In this document: one piece after another, positions 26,300 through 37,142 of the stretch
Position numbering within the stretch: the first letter of the stretch is position 1
Layout of the letters: every line of letters begins with the position of its first letter
Assembly: GCA_958296135.2 (NCBI GenBank)
Contig: CATQHZ020000001.1
Span: 2,272,001 to 2,336,000 of the forward strand
Direction: 5' to 3'
Length of the DNA stretch: 64,000 bases
DNA from: an uncultured Poribacteria bacterium
Lineage (GTDB): Bacteria > Poribacteria > WGA-4E > WGA-3G
Notes under the pieces: generated by a model
Database searches by the model: none
The model's input: only the letters and a program-made list of their open reading frames with translations
What the model was told of the DNA's origin: nothing
Translations under genes and position numbers: made by a program

Positions 26300-27067
26300 T
26301 TGAGCGACGTTCCGAAAACACACCCGCGCTACCTCTCGTTAACGCTGCGAGATACCATCGTGGAAGGCGTTGACCGCGGTATTACCTCCATCCACGGACT
26401 CATCGCGCACGGGCGCGGCGAGGCGTTTGACTACCTCATCGGCGAGAAGACGCAGCCGTTCGCCCTTGAGGCAATCCGTGCAGCCGCAGCGATGCTTCTC
26501 TCGGCAGAACATCCTATCATCTCTGTCAACGGCAACGTGGCAGCGTTAGTCCCAGACGCGTTGATTAGATTGGGACGACTGCTCAACGCGCCGCTGGAAG
26601 TAAACATCTTTCACACGGACGGTGCGCGGGAAATCGCCATCCAACAGCATCTGCGCAAGCACGGTGCATCGGAGGTGCTTATGCCCACCACCGAAGCGCA
26701 ACTCGCCTATATTGACTCCAACCGGAAGTTTGTGCATCCGAAGGGCATTTTCAAAGCGGATGTCATTTTCGTACCGCTTGAAGATGGCGACAGGTGCGAA
26801 GCCCTGCGGAAAATGGGGAAGGATGTCGTCACCATCGATCTGAATCCGATGTCGCGCACGGCGAAGCAGGCGAGTGTAACGATTGTGGATAACGTCGTGC
26901 GGGCATTGCCGTTGTTGCGTAAAGAGATAGAGAATTCTCTCCCGGTAGGCGCGCGTTGCGAGCGCGCTCTTGTGAACTATAGCAACACAGAAGTGCTACG
27001 AAAAGCACTGCAGCACATCAGCAGGAGAAACCTCCCGCGTCTCGATGAAACTCCCGCGTCCCGATGA
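26300..27067 (+). CDS. 4-phosphopantoate--beta-alanine ligase (archaeal-type phosphopantothenate synthetase)
   Basis: HPRY.SL, GLIAHGRGEAFDYLIGE.T, SVNGN.AAL, LEVN.F, VPLEDGDR.EAL, IDLNP.SRT, DNV.RA; TTG start. Confidence 0.92.
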   Translation: MSDVPKTHPRYLSLTLRDTIVEGVDRGITSIHGLIAHGRGEAFDYLIGEKTQPFALEAIRAAAAMLLSAEHPIISVNGNVAALVPDALIRLGRLLNAPLEVNIFHTDGAREIAIQQHLRKHGASEVLMPTTEAQLAYIDSNRKFVHPKGIFKADVIFVPLEDGDRCEALRKMGKDVVTIDLNPMSRTAKQASVTIVDNVVRALPLLRKEIENSLPVGARCERALVNYSNTEVLRKALQHISRRNLPRLDETPASR

Positions 27068-27225
27068 ACCGTAGGAGGGACCTCTGGTCCCGACAAACCG
27101 TAGGAGAGACTTCCCGCGTCTCGATGAAACTCCCGTGTCTCAATGAACCGTAGGAGGGACCTCTGGTCCCGATGAACCGTAGGAGAAATCTCCCGCGTCT
27201 CGACAAACAGTCCCGATAATACCGT
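27020..27225. repeat. Direct-repeat REP cluster
   Basis: Alternating GTAGGAGGGACCTCTGGTCCCGA and GTAGGAGAGAC..CCCGCGTCTCGA units. Confidence 0.8.
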
Positions 27226-27304
27226 ATAAATCACTGTAGTTCGGGCTCGCAACCCGCCGATGTTAGTCACATCGGGAGCCCGACCGGAGGAAACACACGC
27301 GAAC

Positions 27305-29248
27305 ATGGCTAACAGCAACCGAAACAGCGTCAAACCGCATATTTTACTAATCGGGTTGGCACTCGTCGCCTTCAACAGTTATTGGTGCCTGATGGGGACA
27401 GAGGTGTGGCACTCAACGCAGTTGACAATCGCCTCGCTGTTTTTCAACGCCGTTTTCACGCTGCTCGTCCTCGTGCTTATCAACCTGCTATTGACGCGGT
27501 TTCTGCCGCGCATGTCAATGTCGCAAGCGGATTTGCAAACCATCTACGTGATGGTAGTCATGCTGACGACTCTCAGCGGGCACACGATGATGGGCTACCT
27601 TATACCGGTCCTCGCGCACGCCTTTCAGTTCGCCTCGCCCGAAAACGAATGGATTCCGCTCTTCGGGCACCACATCCCGACATGGATTGCGGTGAAGGAC
27701 GCTCGGATTTTAGAGGGTTTCTACGATGGCGACTCGACGCTTTACACCGCTGCCACACTCAACGCGTGGATACCGCCGGTCATCGCCTGGTCTGGTTTCG
27801 TCATCGCGCTCTGGTTGACGCTGCTCGCCGTGACCGTCTTCCTCCGGAAGCAGTGGACAGAAAACGAACGGCTCAATTACCCTATCGTGCAACTGCCTTT
27901 GGCACTGACGCGCAATCCAAAACGTTTTTTCAGTTCGCCTTGGATGTGGCTCGGCTTCGCGCTCGCGGGCGGCGCGGAATTGCTGAACGGCTTGAATTAC
28001 CTATTTCCAGACATCCCTGCATTGCCGCTCAAAGGCAAAACCATCGGGCAATTCAGTTCAAAGCCGTGGAGCGCGATGGGGCCTATTCGCATCTCCTTTT
28101 ATCCATTCAGCATCGGATTGATGTTCTTTACGCCGCTCGATCTCTCTTTTTCCTGCTGGTTTTTCTGGCTACTCAGCCGCGTCCAACTGATTTTAACCGA
28201 CGCGCTCGGCGCGCGGAATATCTATCATCTCGAACAGCAAACCGGCGCATGGATGGCGTTCGGGTGCATTCCGCTGTGGATAGGACGACGGCATTACGGC
28301 AGAATCTTGCGGAAGGTTTTCAGTTTATCGCCTGCTGGCACCGTAACACGAAGAACTGGGCCTCGCGACCGGTCGCTCTCGGACGAAAACGAACCTATGC
28401 GCTACCGCACCGCCGCACTTCTCTTCACCGGTGGCATGCTATGCCTCTTCTTTTTCTGTTATCAGATGGGGATGACATTTTGGGCGATTGGGCTGTTTTT
28501 CTTGTTCTACTTCCCACTGGTTATCGGCATCACGCGGATACGCGCCGAAATCGGGCCGCCGCTGCATCAACTCATTTTCGTTGACCCGGGGCGAACCATG
28601 GTCCTCGCGCTAGGCACGCGCCGACTCGGCGCGGCGAACCTGACCGGATTGACGTTCCTTTACCCGTTTGTGCGCTGTTTCCGCGCGCATCCCACACCCA
28701 GTGAACTTGAGGCGTTTCGGCTGGCAGAACGGACACGCATCGGATACCGGCAACTCCTCATCGGGATGATATTGGCAATTGTTTTCGGCATCCTCATCAC
28801 GTTCTGGGCGTATCTGCACGTCCTCTACGACATGGGCGCAGGAAGCAAGGCACGCGGTTGGATCGTCTATATGGGATGGGAGACTTTCAACCGCTTGCAG
28901 ACATGGCTTGTCAGCCCGCGCGAAACGAGTGTGCCCGAACTCGGCGTTATCGGGAGCAGCTTCTTCTTTACAATATTCCTGATGGTGATGAAGATGCGGT
29001 TTCTGTGGTGGCCGTTGCATCCGGGCGGCTACGTCCTCGTGAGCGGCACGGGGATGGGCGGCTTATGGTTCCCGATCTTCCTCAGTTGGCTAGCGAAGGC
29101 AGTTGTGCTGAAAATCGGCGGCGTGAGACTCTATCGGCAGGCAGTACCGTTTTTCTTGGGGCTCATCTTGGGCGATTACACGCTTGGATGCGTGTGGAGT
29201 CTCATCGGCTTAGTGCTGCAAATGCCGACTTACATTGTATGGCATTAA
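27305..29248 (+). CDS. Polytopic membrane protein (DUF6785/DUF6784-like putative transporter)
   Basis: Many TM segments; LRKQW.ENERL.YP.VQLP, RFLWWPLHP.GY, FFLGLILGD. Confidence 0.75.
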   Translation: MANSNRNSVKPHILLIGLALVAFNSYWCLMGTEVWHSTQLTIASLFFNAVFTLLVLVLINLLLTRFLPRMSMSQADLQTIYVMVVMLTTLSGHTMMGYLIPVLAHAFQFASPENEWIPLFGHHIPTWIAVKDARILEGFYDGDSTLYTAATLNAWIPPVIAWSGFVIALWLTLLAVTVFLRKQWTENERLNYPIVQLPLALTRNPKRFFSSPWMWLGFALAGGAELLNGLNYLFPDIPALPLKGKTIGQFSSKPWSAMGPIRISFYPFSIGLMFFTPLDLSFSCWFFWLLSRVQLILTDALGARNIYHLEQQTGAWMAFGCIPLWIGRRHYGRILRKVFSLSPAGTVTRRTGPRDRSLSDENEPMRYRTAALLFTGGMLCLFFFCYQMGMTFWAIGLFFLFYFPLVIGITRIRAEIGPPLHQLIFVDPGRTMVLALGTRRLGAANLTGLTFLYPFVRCFRAHPTPSELEAFRLAERTRIGYRQLLIGMILAIVFGILITFWAYLHVLYDMGAGSKARGWIVYMGWETFNRLQTWLVSPRETSVPELGVIGSSFFFTIFLMVMKMRFLWWPLHPGGYVLVSGTGMGGLWFPIFLSWLAKAVVLKIGGVRLYRQAVPFFLGLILGDYTLGCVWSLIGLVLQMPTYIVWH

Positions 29249-29320
29249 TTTTTAATACCAACCACGGCCTTGAAACGTAGAGCAGGGGCCTGTCCGCCGC
29301 GATTCAGACGCAAGGAATCG

Positions 29321-31132
29321 CTACCGGGCACGCAATGCCTCCTGCCCCTTATATTGCAACTGATACAACCGATAATAGATGCCACGCTTTTGCAAGAGAG
29401 CCGCGTGCGTGCCAGCCTCGCGGATTTCGCCGCGGTGCATAACGATAATCTTATCCGCATTTTGGATAGTCGAGAGCCGGTGCGCGATGACGACAGAAGT
29501 CCGATGCGCCATCAAGCGACTCAGCGCATCTTCGATCAGGATTTCTGTCTCGGTGTCAACACTAGAAGTCGCTTCGTCTAAGATGAGGATGCTCGGGTCG
29601 GAAGCTAAGGCGCGCGCAAAGGCGACGAGCTGCTTTTGCCCCACCGATAACCCACCCCCATCCTCCTTCACCACGGTACCGTAGGTGTCAGGCATTCTCT
29701 GAACAAACCGGTCCAAATGCACATCTCGCGCCGCTTGCTTCACCTGCTCCGATGAGACTGAGGATTTGCCGAGACTGATATTCCGTTCAATTGAATCCGA
29801 AAAGAGGAAGATGTTCTGTTGCACAATGCTAACCGCTTCGCGCAATTCTTCCAGATGCATCTCACGGATATCCACGCCATCAATCAGAATTTGTCCCTTG
29901 TTGATTTCATAGAAACGGCTGAGAATGTTGATAATTGAACTCTTTCCGGCACCGGTATGCCCGACAAGCGCGACTTTTTCGCCCGGCGCCACCTTGAAGG
30001 AGACATCTCGCAGGACATAGTCGTCATCGTTGTAGGCGAACCAGACATTGCGGAACTCAATCTCGCCTTTCAACGTTTTGGTACCGCTTTTCGGCGCGGT
30101 GGAAATGATAGTCGGCGGCGTATCCAGCAGTTGGAAAATGCGTTCGGAGGATGCCATCGCGTTTTGGAAGATCGTGTATTTCTCGCTCAACTCACGAATC
30201 GGCCAGAAAAAGCGTTCCGCATAGCGGAGAAACGCCACCAGCACACCAAAGGTCAGCGCGCCCTGCACAATCTGGCCGCCGCCATACCAGATAATCACTG
30301 CTGTCGCGAGGGAAGCCATCACCTCTATCAGCGGATGGAAGATGGAGAAATAGAAGATACTTCGCAGATTCGCGGCGAGATACTTTCGGTTGCGTTCGTT
30401 GAAACGCAGATAGCTGCGCTGTTCCTGCGCGAAGAGTTTCATCGTCGTCATGCCGACGATGTTCTCTTGCAAGAACGCGTTGATGCGTGCTAACTGCTTG
30501 CGCTGCTCCCGAAACGCACGGCGCGAGTAAATCTGGTAAACTAGCGTCGCCCCAAAAATAATCGGGATTACGGTAAACGCCGCCAGTGCCAGTTTCCAAT
30601 TGTAGAGCAGCATCGCCACCATGATGCCGGCGATTTTCAGCAGGTTCGCAAAGACGGTAACCACACCGGAACTGAAAAGTTCGTTCAGCACTTGCACATC
30701 GCCCATCACGCGCGTCATGAGTCTGCCGACCGGGTTTTTGTCGAAGAACTGCACATCCAAACGTTGCAGGTGCGAAAAAAGGATTTGCCGCAGGTCGCGC
30801 ATGACGTGCTGCCCGAGCAACTGCGTGCGGTATTCCTCAAAATAACTAAACACGAATTCGCTCATCCGTACCAACACCATCAATATCGCAATGGTGCTTA
30901 AGCCTTCAAGCACACCGGGGGTGATGTGCCGGTCGATGGCAATCTGCATCAGAAGCGGCCCGGCGAGACTCGCCAGCGTATTTCCGAGGGTGAAAAAACC
31001 GATAAGCACCAATTGGAATTTATACGGCTTAAGATACGCGATGAGCCGTTTCATCAGCACCCGGTCGTAGACTTTTCCGAGTTCCTGTTCTTCATCGCTA
31101 TATTCGTGCAGGTGGCTCCCCATCCCAAACAT
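29321..31132 (-). CDS. ABC exporter subunit (TMD+NBD, MdlB-like)
   Basis: FFDKNPVGRLMTRV, GHTGAGKS, LSVGQKQ, ILDEAT; RBS AAGGAGG. Confidence 0.92.
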   Translation of the reverse strand: MFGMGSHLHEYSDEEQELGKVYDRVLMKRLIAYLKPYKFQLVLIGFFTLGNTLASLAGPLLMQIAIDRHITPGVLEGLSTIAILMVLVRMSEFVFSYFEEYRTQLLGQHVMRDLRQILFSHLQRLDVQFFDKNPVGRLMTRVMGDVQVLNELFSSGVVTVFANLLKIAGIMVAMLLYNWKLALAAFTVIPIIFGATLVYQIYSRRAFREQRKQLARINAFLQENIVGMTTMKLFAQEQRSYLRFNERNRKYLAANLRSIFYFSIFHPLIEVMASLATAVIIWYGGGQIVQGALTFGVLVAFLRYAERFFWPIRELSEKYTIFQNAMASSERIFQLLDTPPTIISTAPKSGTKTLKGEIEFRNVWFAYNDDDYVLRDVSFKVAPGEKVALVGHTGAGKSSIINILSRFYEINKGQILIDGVDIREMHLEELREAVSIVQQNIFLFSDSIERNISLGKSSVSSEQVKQAARDVHLDRFVQRMPDTYGTVVKEDGGGLSVGQKQLVAFARALASDPSILILDEATSSVDTETEILIEDALSRLMAHRTSVVIAHRLSTIQNADKIIVMHRGEIREAGTHAALLQKRGIYYRLYQLQYKGQEALRAR

Positions 31133-31257
31133 GGACAGTTCCTCCTTTTTTGTTGTTCGCAAGGCGTTCGGCGAAGGTGAGGTACAATAACGTCTGTCTG
31201 CGTAATCCGTTCTTGACGTTGTCAAGAACTACGTTTCTGGCAGTTAATGAATTTGGT

Positions 31258-33069
31258 TTACAACTCTTCAAGTTCTTCTTGCAAAAGCTGCCTATCATAA
31301 ATACCAGCATAAATCCCGTTTTGCGCAAGCAGCTGCTCATGCGTGCCGGTTTCAACGATGCTACCCTCGTTGAGGACGATAATCTGGTCTGCATTTTTCA
31401 CCGTCGAAATTCGATGCGAGATGAGGAGCGTCGTCCGGTTTTTCATCATCTCCGCCAATCGGGAGAGAATGCTATCTTCTGTCTGCGTATCCACATTCGC
31501 GAAGGCATCGTCAAGGATAAGTATTTTAGGCTTAATCAGAACGGCACGCGCGAGGGCACTCCGCTGGCGTTGCCCACCCGAAATCGTCGCGCCGCGTTCG
31601 CCTAAAAGTGTATCCAACCCTTCCGGGAATTCTTCAATTTGCGCGAGGAGATCGGCGGTGTGTGCCGCCTCTCGAATCTCCTCATCGTTCGGAGTCTCCA
31701 CCCCGTAGGCGATGTTATTCCGCAAATAGTCTGAAAATAGAAACGGCTCCTGCTCCACAACACCGATGTTAGAACGGAGGACGTTCAGCGGGATATCCTG
31801 AATATCAACGCCATCAATAAACAGCGTGCCGCGTTCTGCCTGGCGGATGCGCGAAATCAGCGTCACCAACGTCGATTTCCCGGAACCCGTGCCGCCGACA
31901 ATCGCAAGCGTTGAGCCGCGTTTCACCTTGAGGTTGATATTTTTCAGCACCGGCGGTCCCGCTGGATACGCAAAATTCAGGTCCCGGAACTCAATTTCTC
32001 CCTTAATGCTTTTGATGTGCCACTTGACGTTTTCGCCATCGTAAATCTCAGGTTTCTCGTTGAGGATAGCGTTCATCCGCCCCATAGATGCCGCGCCGCG
32101 CTCAAAGGTATTCACGATGAAGCCGAGGGTAATCATCGGGCGCACGAGCATGAGGAGATAGGCGTTGAACGCCACAAAATCGCCGAGCGTGATTTTTTCT
32201 TCGATGACGTGGAGTCCACCCATCCAGAGCAGCACCACGCTGCTGATGCCCGGCAGAAACCGAAAAAGCGGAAAGAAGAAAGACATCAGCCGAATCTGCC
32301 TGTGGTTACGTCCGACAAATTCTTCGTTCAGCTCCCGAAAATGCGCAACCTCGCTCTGCTCAAGCGTATACGCCTTGACGACACGCACGCCGGAGAGGTT
32401 CTCCTGCACCTTCGTGTTTAGCACTGAAAACGCCTCTTGAATGCCTTCATAGTGGACGTGCAGCCGCTTTCCGAGCTGGCGAATGAAAACCGCCAAGATG
32501 GGATAGGGCAGCAGCGCGACGAGCGTCAGACTAGCATCAATCCGCAACATGATAACCACCGCGAATCCAAAGAACACCGTTGCATCGGCGGTATACATCA
32601 CGGCACTGCTGAGCACCATGCGGATGGCGTTCAAATCGCTGGTGGCGCGCGTCATCAAATCCCCGGTGCGCACGTTATCGTAATAAGCAGCGGAGAGTTT
32701 TTGCAGGTGGAGAAAGAAATCCGCCCGGAGGTGATATTCCATCTGCCGCGCGACGTTATGAATGGTGCGCCGCTGCAGGAACCGCAGGACACCCGCAAAC
32801 AGCGCAACACCGAAAATGAGCAGCGCAAAAAAGACGAGCTGCCCAGACGAAATCGTCCGGTTTGCATCGCGTAATACCCATTCCAGTTCATCAAAAACCA
32901 TCTGGAGGATTTTCGGGCTGACCAGGAGGAGCGCGTTCGTCAACAGCACCAAAATAAAACTCGCTAAAACGGCATATCTATATCGAATGACGTATTTTTT
33001 TAAACCGAGTAAACTGCGAATTGTGGGGTTCCTTTCCGGCAGATTGCACCGGGCCGCAAATGTTGTCAA
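31258..33069 (-). CDS. ABC exporter subunit (TMD+NBD, MdlA-like)
   Basis: GDLMTRAT, GGTGSGKS, ISGGQRQR, degenerate ILDDA; start uncertain. Confidence 0.9.
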   Translation of the reverse strand: MTTFAARCNLPERNPTIRSLLGLKKYVIRYRYAVLASFILVLLTNALLLVSPKILQMVFDELEWVLRDANRTISSGQLVFFALLIFGVALFAGVLRFLQRRTIHNVARQMEYHLRADFFLHLQKLSAAYYDNVRTGDLMTRATSDLNAIRMVLSSAVMYTADATVFFGFAVVIMLRIDASLTLVALLPYPILAVFIRQLGKRLHVHYEGIQEAFSVLNTKVQENLSGVRVVKAYTLEQSEVAHFRELNEEFVGRNHRQIRLMSFFFPLFRFLPGISSVVLLWMGGLHVIEEKITLGDFVAFNAYLLMLVRPMITLGFIVNTFERGAASMGRMNAILNEKPEIYDGENVKWHIKSIKGEIEFRDLNFAYPAGPPVLKNINLKVKRGSTLAIVGGTGSGKSTLVTLISRIRQAERGTLFIDGVDIQDIPLNVLRSNIGVVEQEPFLFSDYLRNNIAYGVETPNDEEIREAAHTADLLAQIEEFPEGLDTLLGERGATISGGQRQRSALARAVLIKPKILILDDAFANVDTQTEDSILSRLAEMMKNRTTLLISHRISTVKNADQIIVLNEGSIVETGTHEQLLAQNGIYAGIYDRQLLQEELEEL

Positions 33070-33144
33070 AACGAATTGTGTTTTTTGACGTGAATTCGCG
33101 AAAAGGGTTTAATCAAATTGTGGGGGACGCGTCTATTTTTTCTC

Positions 33145-33173
33145 TTGACACTATTTCGGTTTCAATGTATCAT
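33145..33173 (+). promoter_or_regulatory. Putative sigma70 promoter for gnd
   Basis: TTGACA-17 bp-TATCAT. Confidence 0.6.
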
Positions 33174-33314
33174 ATTTTGCAATGGAGATAGAGCAAGTGA
33201 ATTGAGGATGGAAACATGGCAGGGGCCAGGCCCCCACCCTACGATGGCGGAAAGCCCTGCTGAGGGAATACCCGCTACTTGCATCCCAGATAAAATCTAA
33301 GGAGGAACACAAAT

Positions 33315-34823
33315 TTGGCAGCAGATATTGGACTTATTGGATTGGCGGTGATGGGCGAGAACCTTGCGCTGAACATCGAGAGCCGCGGGTTTGAAGTCGC
33401 CGTCTTCAACCGCACCGTGTCGCGCGTGGACGCTTTCATAGCCGGCACTGCGAAGGGGAAAAAAATCATCGGCGCACACGCCATTCCAGAACTCATTGAG
33501 AAATTGGAGACACCCCGGAAAATCATCTTAATGGTAAAAGCGGGGGAGCCGGTCGATGCATTTATCGCGCAATTGGTGCCGTATCTCGCCAAAGGCGATC
33601 TGATTATCGATGGCGGCAACTCTAATTTCATGGATACTATCCGGCGGCACACGGAACTGGCGGAACGCGAGCTGCTCTTCATCGGCACCGGTATCTCCGG
33701 CGGCGAGGAAGGCGCGCTCAAGGGACCGGCGATGATGCCCGGGGGTTCACCGGAGGCTTACGCGCTCGTTGAACCTATCTTCACCCAAATCGCCGCGCAG
33801 GTGGATGGCGTGCCGTGCTGCTCCTACATCGGGCCGAACGGCGCGGGACACTACGTCAAGATGGTGCATAACGGCATCGAATACGGCGACATGCAACTCA
33901 TCTGCGAGGCTTACGCGCTCATGAAAAACACCCTCGGCATGGACGCGGCGCAAATGCACGAAGTGTTCAGCGAATGGAACCGCGGCGAACTGAACTCCTA
34001 CTTAATCGAAATCACAGCCGATATCTTCACGCAGGCCGATGCCAGCGGCACCGCCTTCGTTAATGTCGTCCTCGATCAGGCGGGACAGAAAGGCACCGGC
34101 AAATGGACAAGCATCTCCGCACTTGACCTGGGTATTTCCGCGCCTACCATCGCGGAAGCGGTGTTCGCGCGATGCATCTCCGCTATCAAAAGTGAACGGG
34201 TGGAGGCGGCGCGGCTGCTTAGGGGCCCTGGGGACGCGACGGCCGCGAGGGACAGGGCTTCGCACTACGGGGGTTATTTGGGATACGAAGGCAACCGCGA
34301 GGAATTTCTCAACGCTATCCACGACGCGCTTTACGCCGCAAAAATCTGCTCCTACGCGCAAGGGTTCGCCTTAATGCGGGAAGCGAGCAAGGAATTCGAC
34401 TGGAATCTTGACATGGGGAGCATCAGCTTAGGCTGGCGCGGCGGCTGCATTATCCGCGCAAAATTCCTGCACCGCATCGCCGAGGCGTTTGAGCGAAACC
34501 GGGCCCTGCCGAACCTCTTGCTTGACGACTACTTCCGCGAGGTGATTGAAAGAGCGCAACCGCACTGGCGGCACGTCGTCGCGACAGCGACGCAGCTCGG
34601 CGTGCCGATTCCGGCGTTCAGCTCCGCGCTCGCCTACTTTGATAGCTACCGCAGCGGCAGGCTTTCAGCGAATCTCATCCAAGCGATGCGCGATTACTTC
34701 GGCGCGCACACTTATCATAAACTCGATGCAGATGGAAACGCCGTCCTCGGCGAAGATGGCGAACCAACGGTGTTCCACACCGAATGGATGCTAGACGGCC
34801 GCCCGGAAGTCATCGTTGATTAA
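33315..34823 (+). CDS. gnd: 6-phosphogluconate dehydrogenase, decarboxylating
   Basis: IGLIGLAVMGENLALN, DGGNS, GHYVKMVHNGIEYGDMQ, QKGTGKWT, RDYFGAHTY; TTG start after AAGGAGG. Confidence 0.96.
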   Translation: MAADIGLIGLAVMGENLALNIESRGFEVAVFNRTVSRVDAFIAGTAKGKKIIGAHAIPELIEKLETPRKIILMVKAGEPVDAFIAQLVPYLAKGDLIIDGGNSNFMDTIRRHTELAERELLFIGTGISGGEEGALKGPAMMPGGSPEAYALVEPIFTQIAAQVDGVPCCSYIGPNGAGHYVKMVHNGIEYGDMQLICEAYALMKNTLGMDAAQMHEVFSEWNRGELNSYLIEITADIFTQADASGTAFVNVVLDQAGQKGTGKWTSISALDLGISAPTIAEAVFARCISAIKSERVEAARLLRGPGDATAARDRASHYGGYLGYEGNREEFLNAIHDALYAAKICSYAQGFALMREASKEFDWNLDMGSISLGWRGGCIIRAKFLHRIAEAFERNRALPNLLLDDYFREVIERAQPHWRHVVATATQLGVPIPAFSSALAYFDSYRSGRLSANLIQAMRDYFGAHTYHKLDADGNAVLGEDGEPTVFHTEWMLDGRPEVIVD

Positions 34824-34847
34824 CACTGCTGATTGATAGGAGAACGT

Positions 34848-35744
34848 ATGCCACACGAACCGCAACAAGCACTACACGAGTTTCAACCGCAACACGAGTT
34901 TTTCGTCGGAATTGACTCGGACGGTTGCGTTTTCAATAGCATGGAGGTGAAACACAACGACTGCTTCAGCGTCAACCTCGTCAAACACTTCGGGCTTGCC
35001 GCGATTTCTAGGCAGGTGCATCAGGTGTGGGACTTCGTCAACCTCTACTCCACAACGCGCGGCACGAATCGGTTCAAAGCCATTCTCCTCTCGTGCGATT
35101 TCCTCCGCGAAATGCCGCTCGTGCAAAAGATGCAGGTGAACGTGCCAAAACTCCCCCACTTGCGCAACTGGGTTGCAACCGAAACAAAACTCGGCAATCC
35201 TGCCCTCCAAGAGGCGATTGACAACGCCACCGGCGAAAAACGCGAAGAACTCAGACAGGTAATGGCATGGAGCCTCGGCGTGAACGAAAGCGTCGCCGAG
35301 ATTGTCTACAACCTCCCACCGTTTCCCGGGGTTCGCCAGACGTTGCAGCGGCTCCAGGGAAAGGCGGATGTCATCGTCGTCTCCGCTACGCCAGATGAGG
35401 CACTCAAACGCGAATGGGCCGAACACCAGATCGACCGGCACGTCGCACTCATTGCCGGCCAAGAGATGGGCACCAAAACCGAACATCTTACCATAACGAC
35501 GAAGGACCGGTACCCGGAAAACCACGTCTTGATGCTCGGCGATTCGCCCGGCGATTTGAAAGCCGCCCGCGACGTAGGCGCGCTTTTCTTCCCAGTTAAC
35601 CCCGGAGCCGAAGACGTGTCCTGGGCACGCTTCCTTGACCAAGCGATGGCGCGATTCTTTAACGGACAATACGCGGGAGACTATGAAGCTGAATTGCTAG
35701 ACACCTTTCAGGCATTGCTCCCAGAAAATCCACCATGGCTCTAA
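34848..35744 (+). CDS. HAD-superfamily hydrolase
   Basis: GIDSDGCVF, VVSAT, K, MLGDSPGD motifs. Confidence 0.85.
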   Translation: MPHEPQQALHEFQPQHEFFVGIDSDGCVFNSMEVKHNDCFSVNLVKHFGLAAISRQVHQVWDFVNLYSTTRGTNRFKAILLSCDFLREMPLVQKMQVNVPKLPHLRNWVATETKLGNPALQEAIDNATGEKREELRQVMAWSLGVNESVAEIVYNLPPFPGVRQTLQRLQGKADVIVVSATPDEALKREWAEHQIDRHVALIAGQEMGTKTEHLTITTKDRYPENHVLMLGDSPGDLKAARDVGALFFPVNPGAEDVSWARFLDQAMARFFNGQYAGDYEAELLDTFQALLPENPPWL

Positions 35745-35756
35745 CACGAAAAACCG

Positions 35757-36054
35757 ATAGGAGAGACATCCCGCGGCGCGACAGGCTGTATCGGGACAAG
35801 GATGTCCCTCCTACAGGGAGGAGAAACCTCCCGCGTCGCGATATCCTCCGCAGGTAGGAGAGACATCCCGGTCTCGACATCTTACATCGGGACAAGCACC
35901 GATAGGAGAGACATCCCGCGGCGCGACAGGCTGTATCGGGACAAGGATGTCCCTCCTACAGGTAGGAGAAACCTCCCGCATCGCGACAGGCTGTATCGGG
36001 ACAAGGATGTCCCTCCTACAGGTAGGAGAGACATCCCGCGTCGCGATATCCTAC
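35757..36054. repeat. REP/REPIN-like cluster
   Basis: Repeated (G)TAGGAGAGACATCCCGC..CGCGA paired with inverted ATCGGGACAAGGATGTCCCTCCTAC. Confidence 0.85.
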
Positions 36055-36074
36055 TGAAAACGAAAGGAACTTTC

Positions 36075-37022
36075 ATGAAAATTCTATCACAAAGCCGTTT
36101 AGACGGCGAACTCCTCCAACGCTTGGAGGCGATTATCGGCGACGAACACACCTTCGTCGTGCCGAGCTCACGCGAGGAACTCATTGAAATAGGCAAGGAA
36201 ACCGAGGTATTCTACGGGTTCTGTAGCGAGGAAATTTTCCCGCACCTGCCGAATGTCAAGTGGATCCAAGCCTCTAGTGCCGGGATGGACCGGCACATGT
36301 ACGCGGCACTCCGCGACAGCGATGTCATTTTGACGAACGCCGCCGGGCTCTACGGCCCACACGTCGCAGACCAGGCGTTCGCGCTCCTGCTCGGTTTGAC
36401 GCGCGGCATCCACGACGCTGTCCGCAACCAAGATAAGCACCAGTGGGGCGGCGGCAAGTCACCGATGATAGAGATTGATGGGTTCAAAATCGGCATTGTC
36501 GGGATGGGCGGCATCGGCATGCAGATGGCGAAACGCGCGAAAGGGTTTGACATGCACGTCATCGCTGTCGATGCCTACCGCACCGACAAACCCGATAACG
36601 TCGATGAACTGATGCCGATCGGTCAGCTCTCGAACCTCATGAGCCGCGTCGATGTCGTCATGATTGCGTGCCCGCTGACAGAAGAGACGCGTGGCTTAAT
36701 CAACGCCTCGAATCTAGCCGTGATGCAGCCGACAGCGTTCTTCATCAACGTCGCCCGCGGGCCGATTGTCAACGAACCAGATCTGATTGAGGTGCTGCAG
36801 GCGCGCAACATCGCCGGGGCCGGGTTAGATGTGACAGAAGTCGAGCCGCTGCCTGCGGAGAGTCCGTTATGGGATTTGGACAACGTCATCATCACGCCGC
36901 ATTCGGCGGGGGGTTCGCAGCACCGCCAGCATCGCGCGACTTCGTTCTTCTTGGATAACCTTGAGCGGTATCTGAAAGGTGAACCGTTGGAGAACGTTGT
37001 GAACAAACAGTTGGGGTTCTAA
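36075..37022 (+). CDS. D-2-hydroxyacid dehydrogenase
   Basis: GIVGMGGIG, INVARG, GAGLDV..EPLP..SPLW, ITPH; RBS AAAGGA. Confidence 0.92.
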   Translation: MKILSQSRLDGELLQRLEAIIGDEHTFVVPSSREELIEIGKETEVFYGFCSEEIFPHLPNVKWIQASSAGMDRHMYAALRDSDVILTNAAGLYGPHVADQAFALLLGLTRGIHDAVRNQDKHQWGGGKSPMIEIDGFKIGIVGMGGIGMQMAKRAKGFDMHVIAVDAYRTDKPDNVDELMPIGQLSNLMSRVDVVMIACPLTEETRGLINASNLAVMQPTAFFINVARGPIVNEPDLIEVLQARNIAGAGLDVTEVEPLPAESPLWDLDNVIITPHSAGGSQHRQHRATSFFLDNLERYLKGEPLENVVNKQLGF

Positions 37023-37142
37023 GGGCTCTCATCCCAAATTAACCATGTAGGGCAGGATCTGGCGATCCTGCCCTATTTGTGCTCCTGTTTGCGACGCGGC
37101 GAACGCAAACTACAGCAGCAGATGTCTCTATCCGCCTCAAAA

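Noticed and set aside
35802-36074. N-terminal extension of the dehydrogenase
   Set aside because: Translation of REP repeats; a good RBS and ATG lie at 36075.
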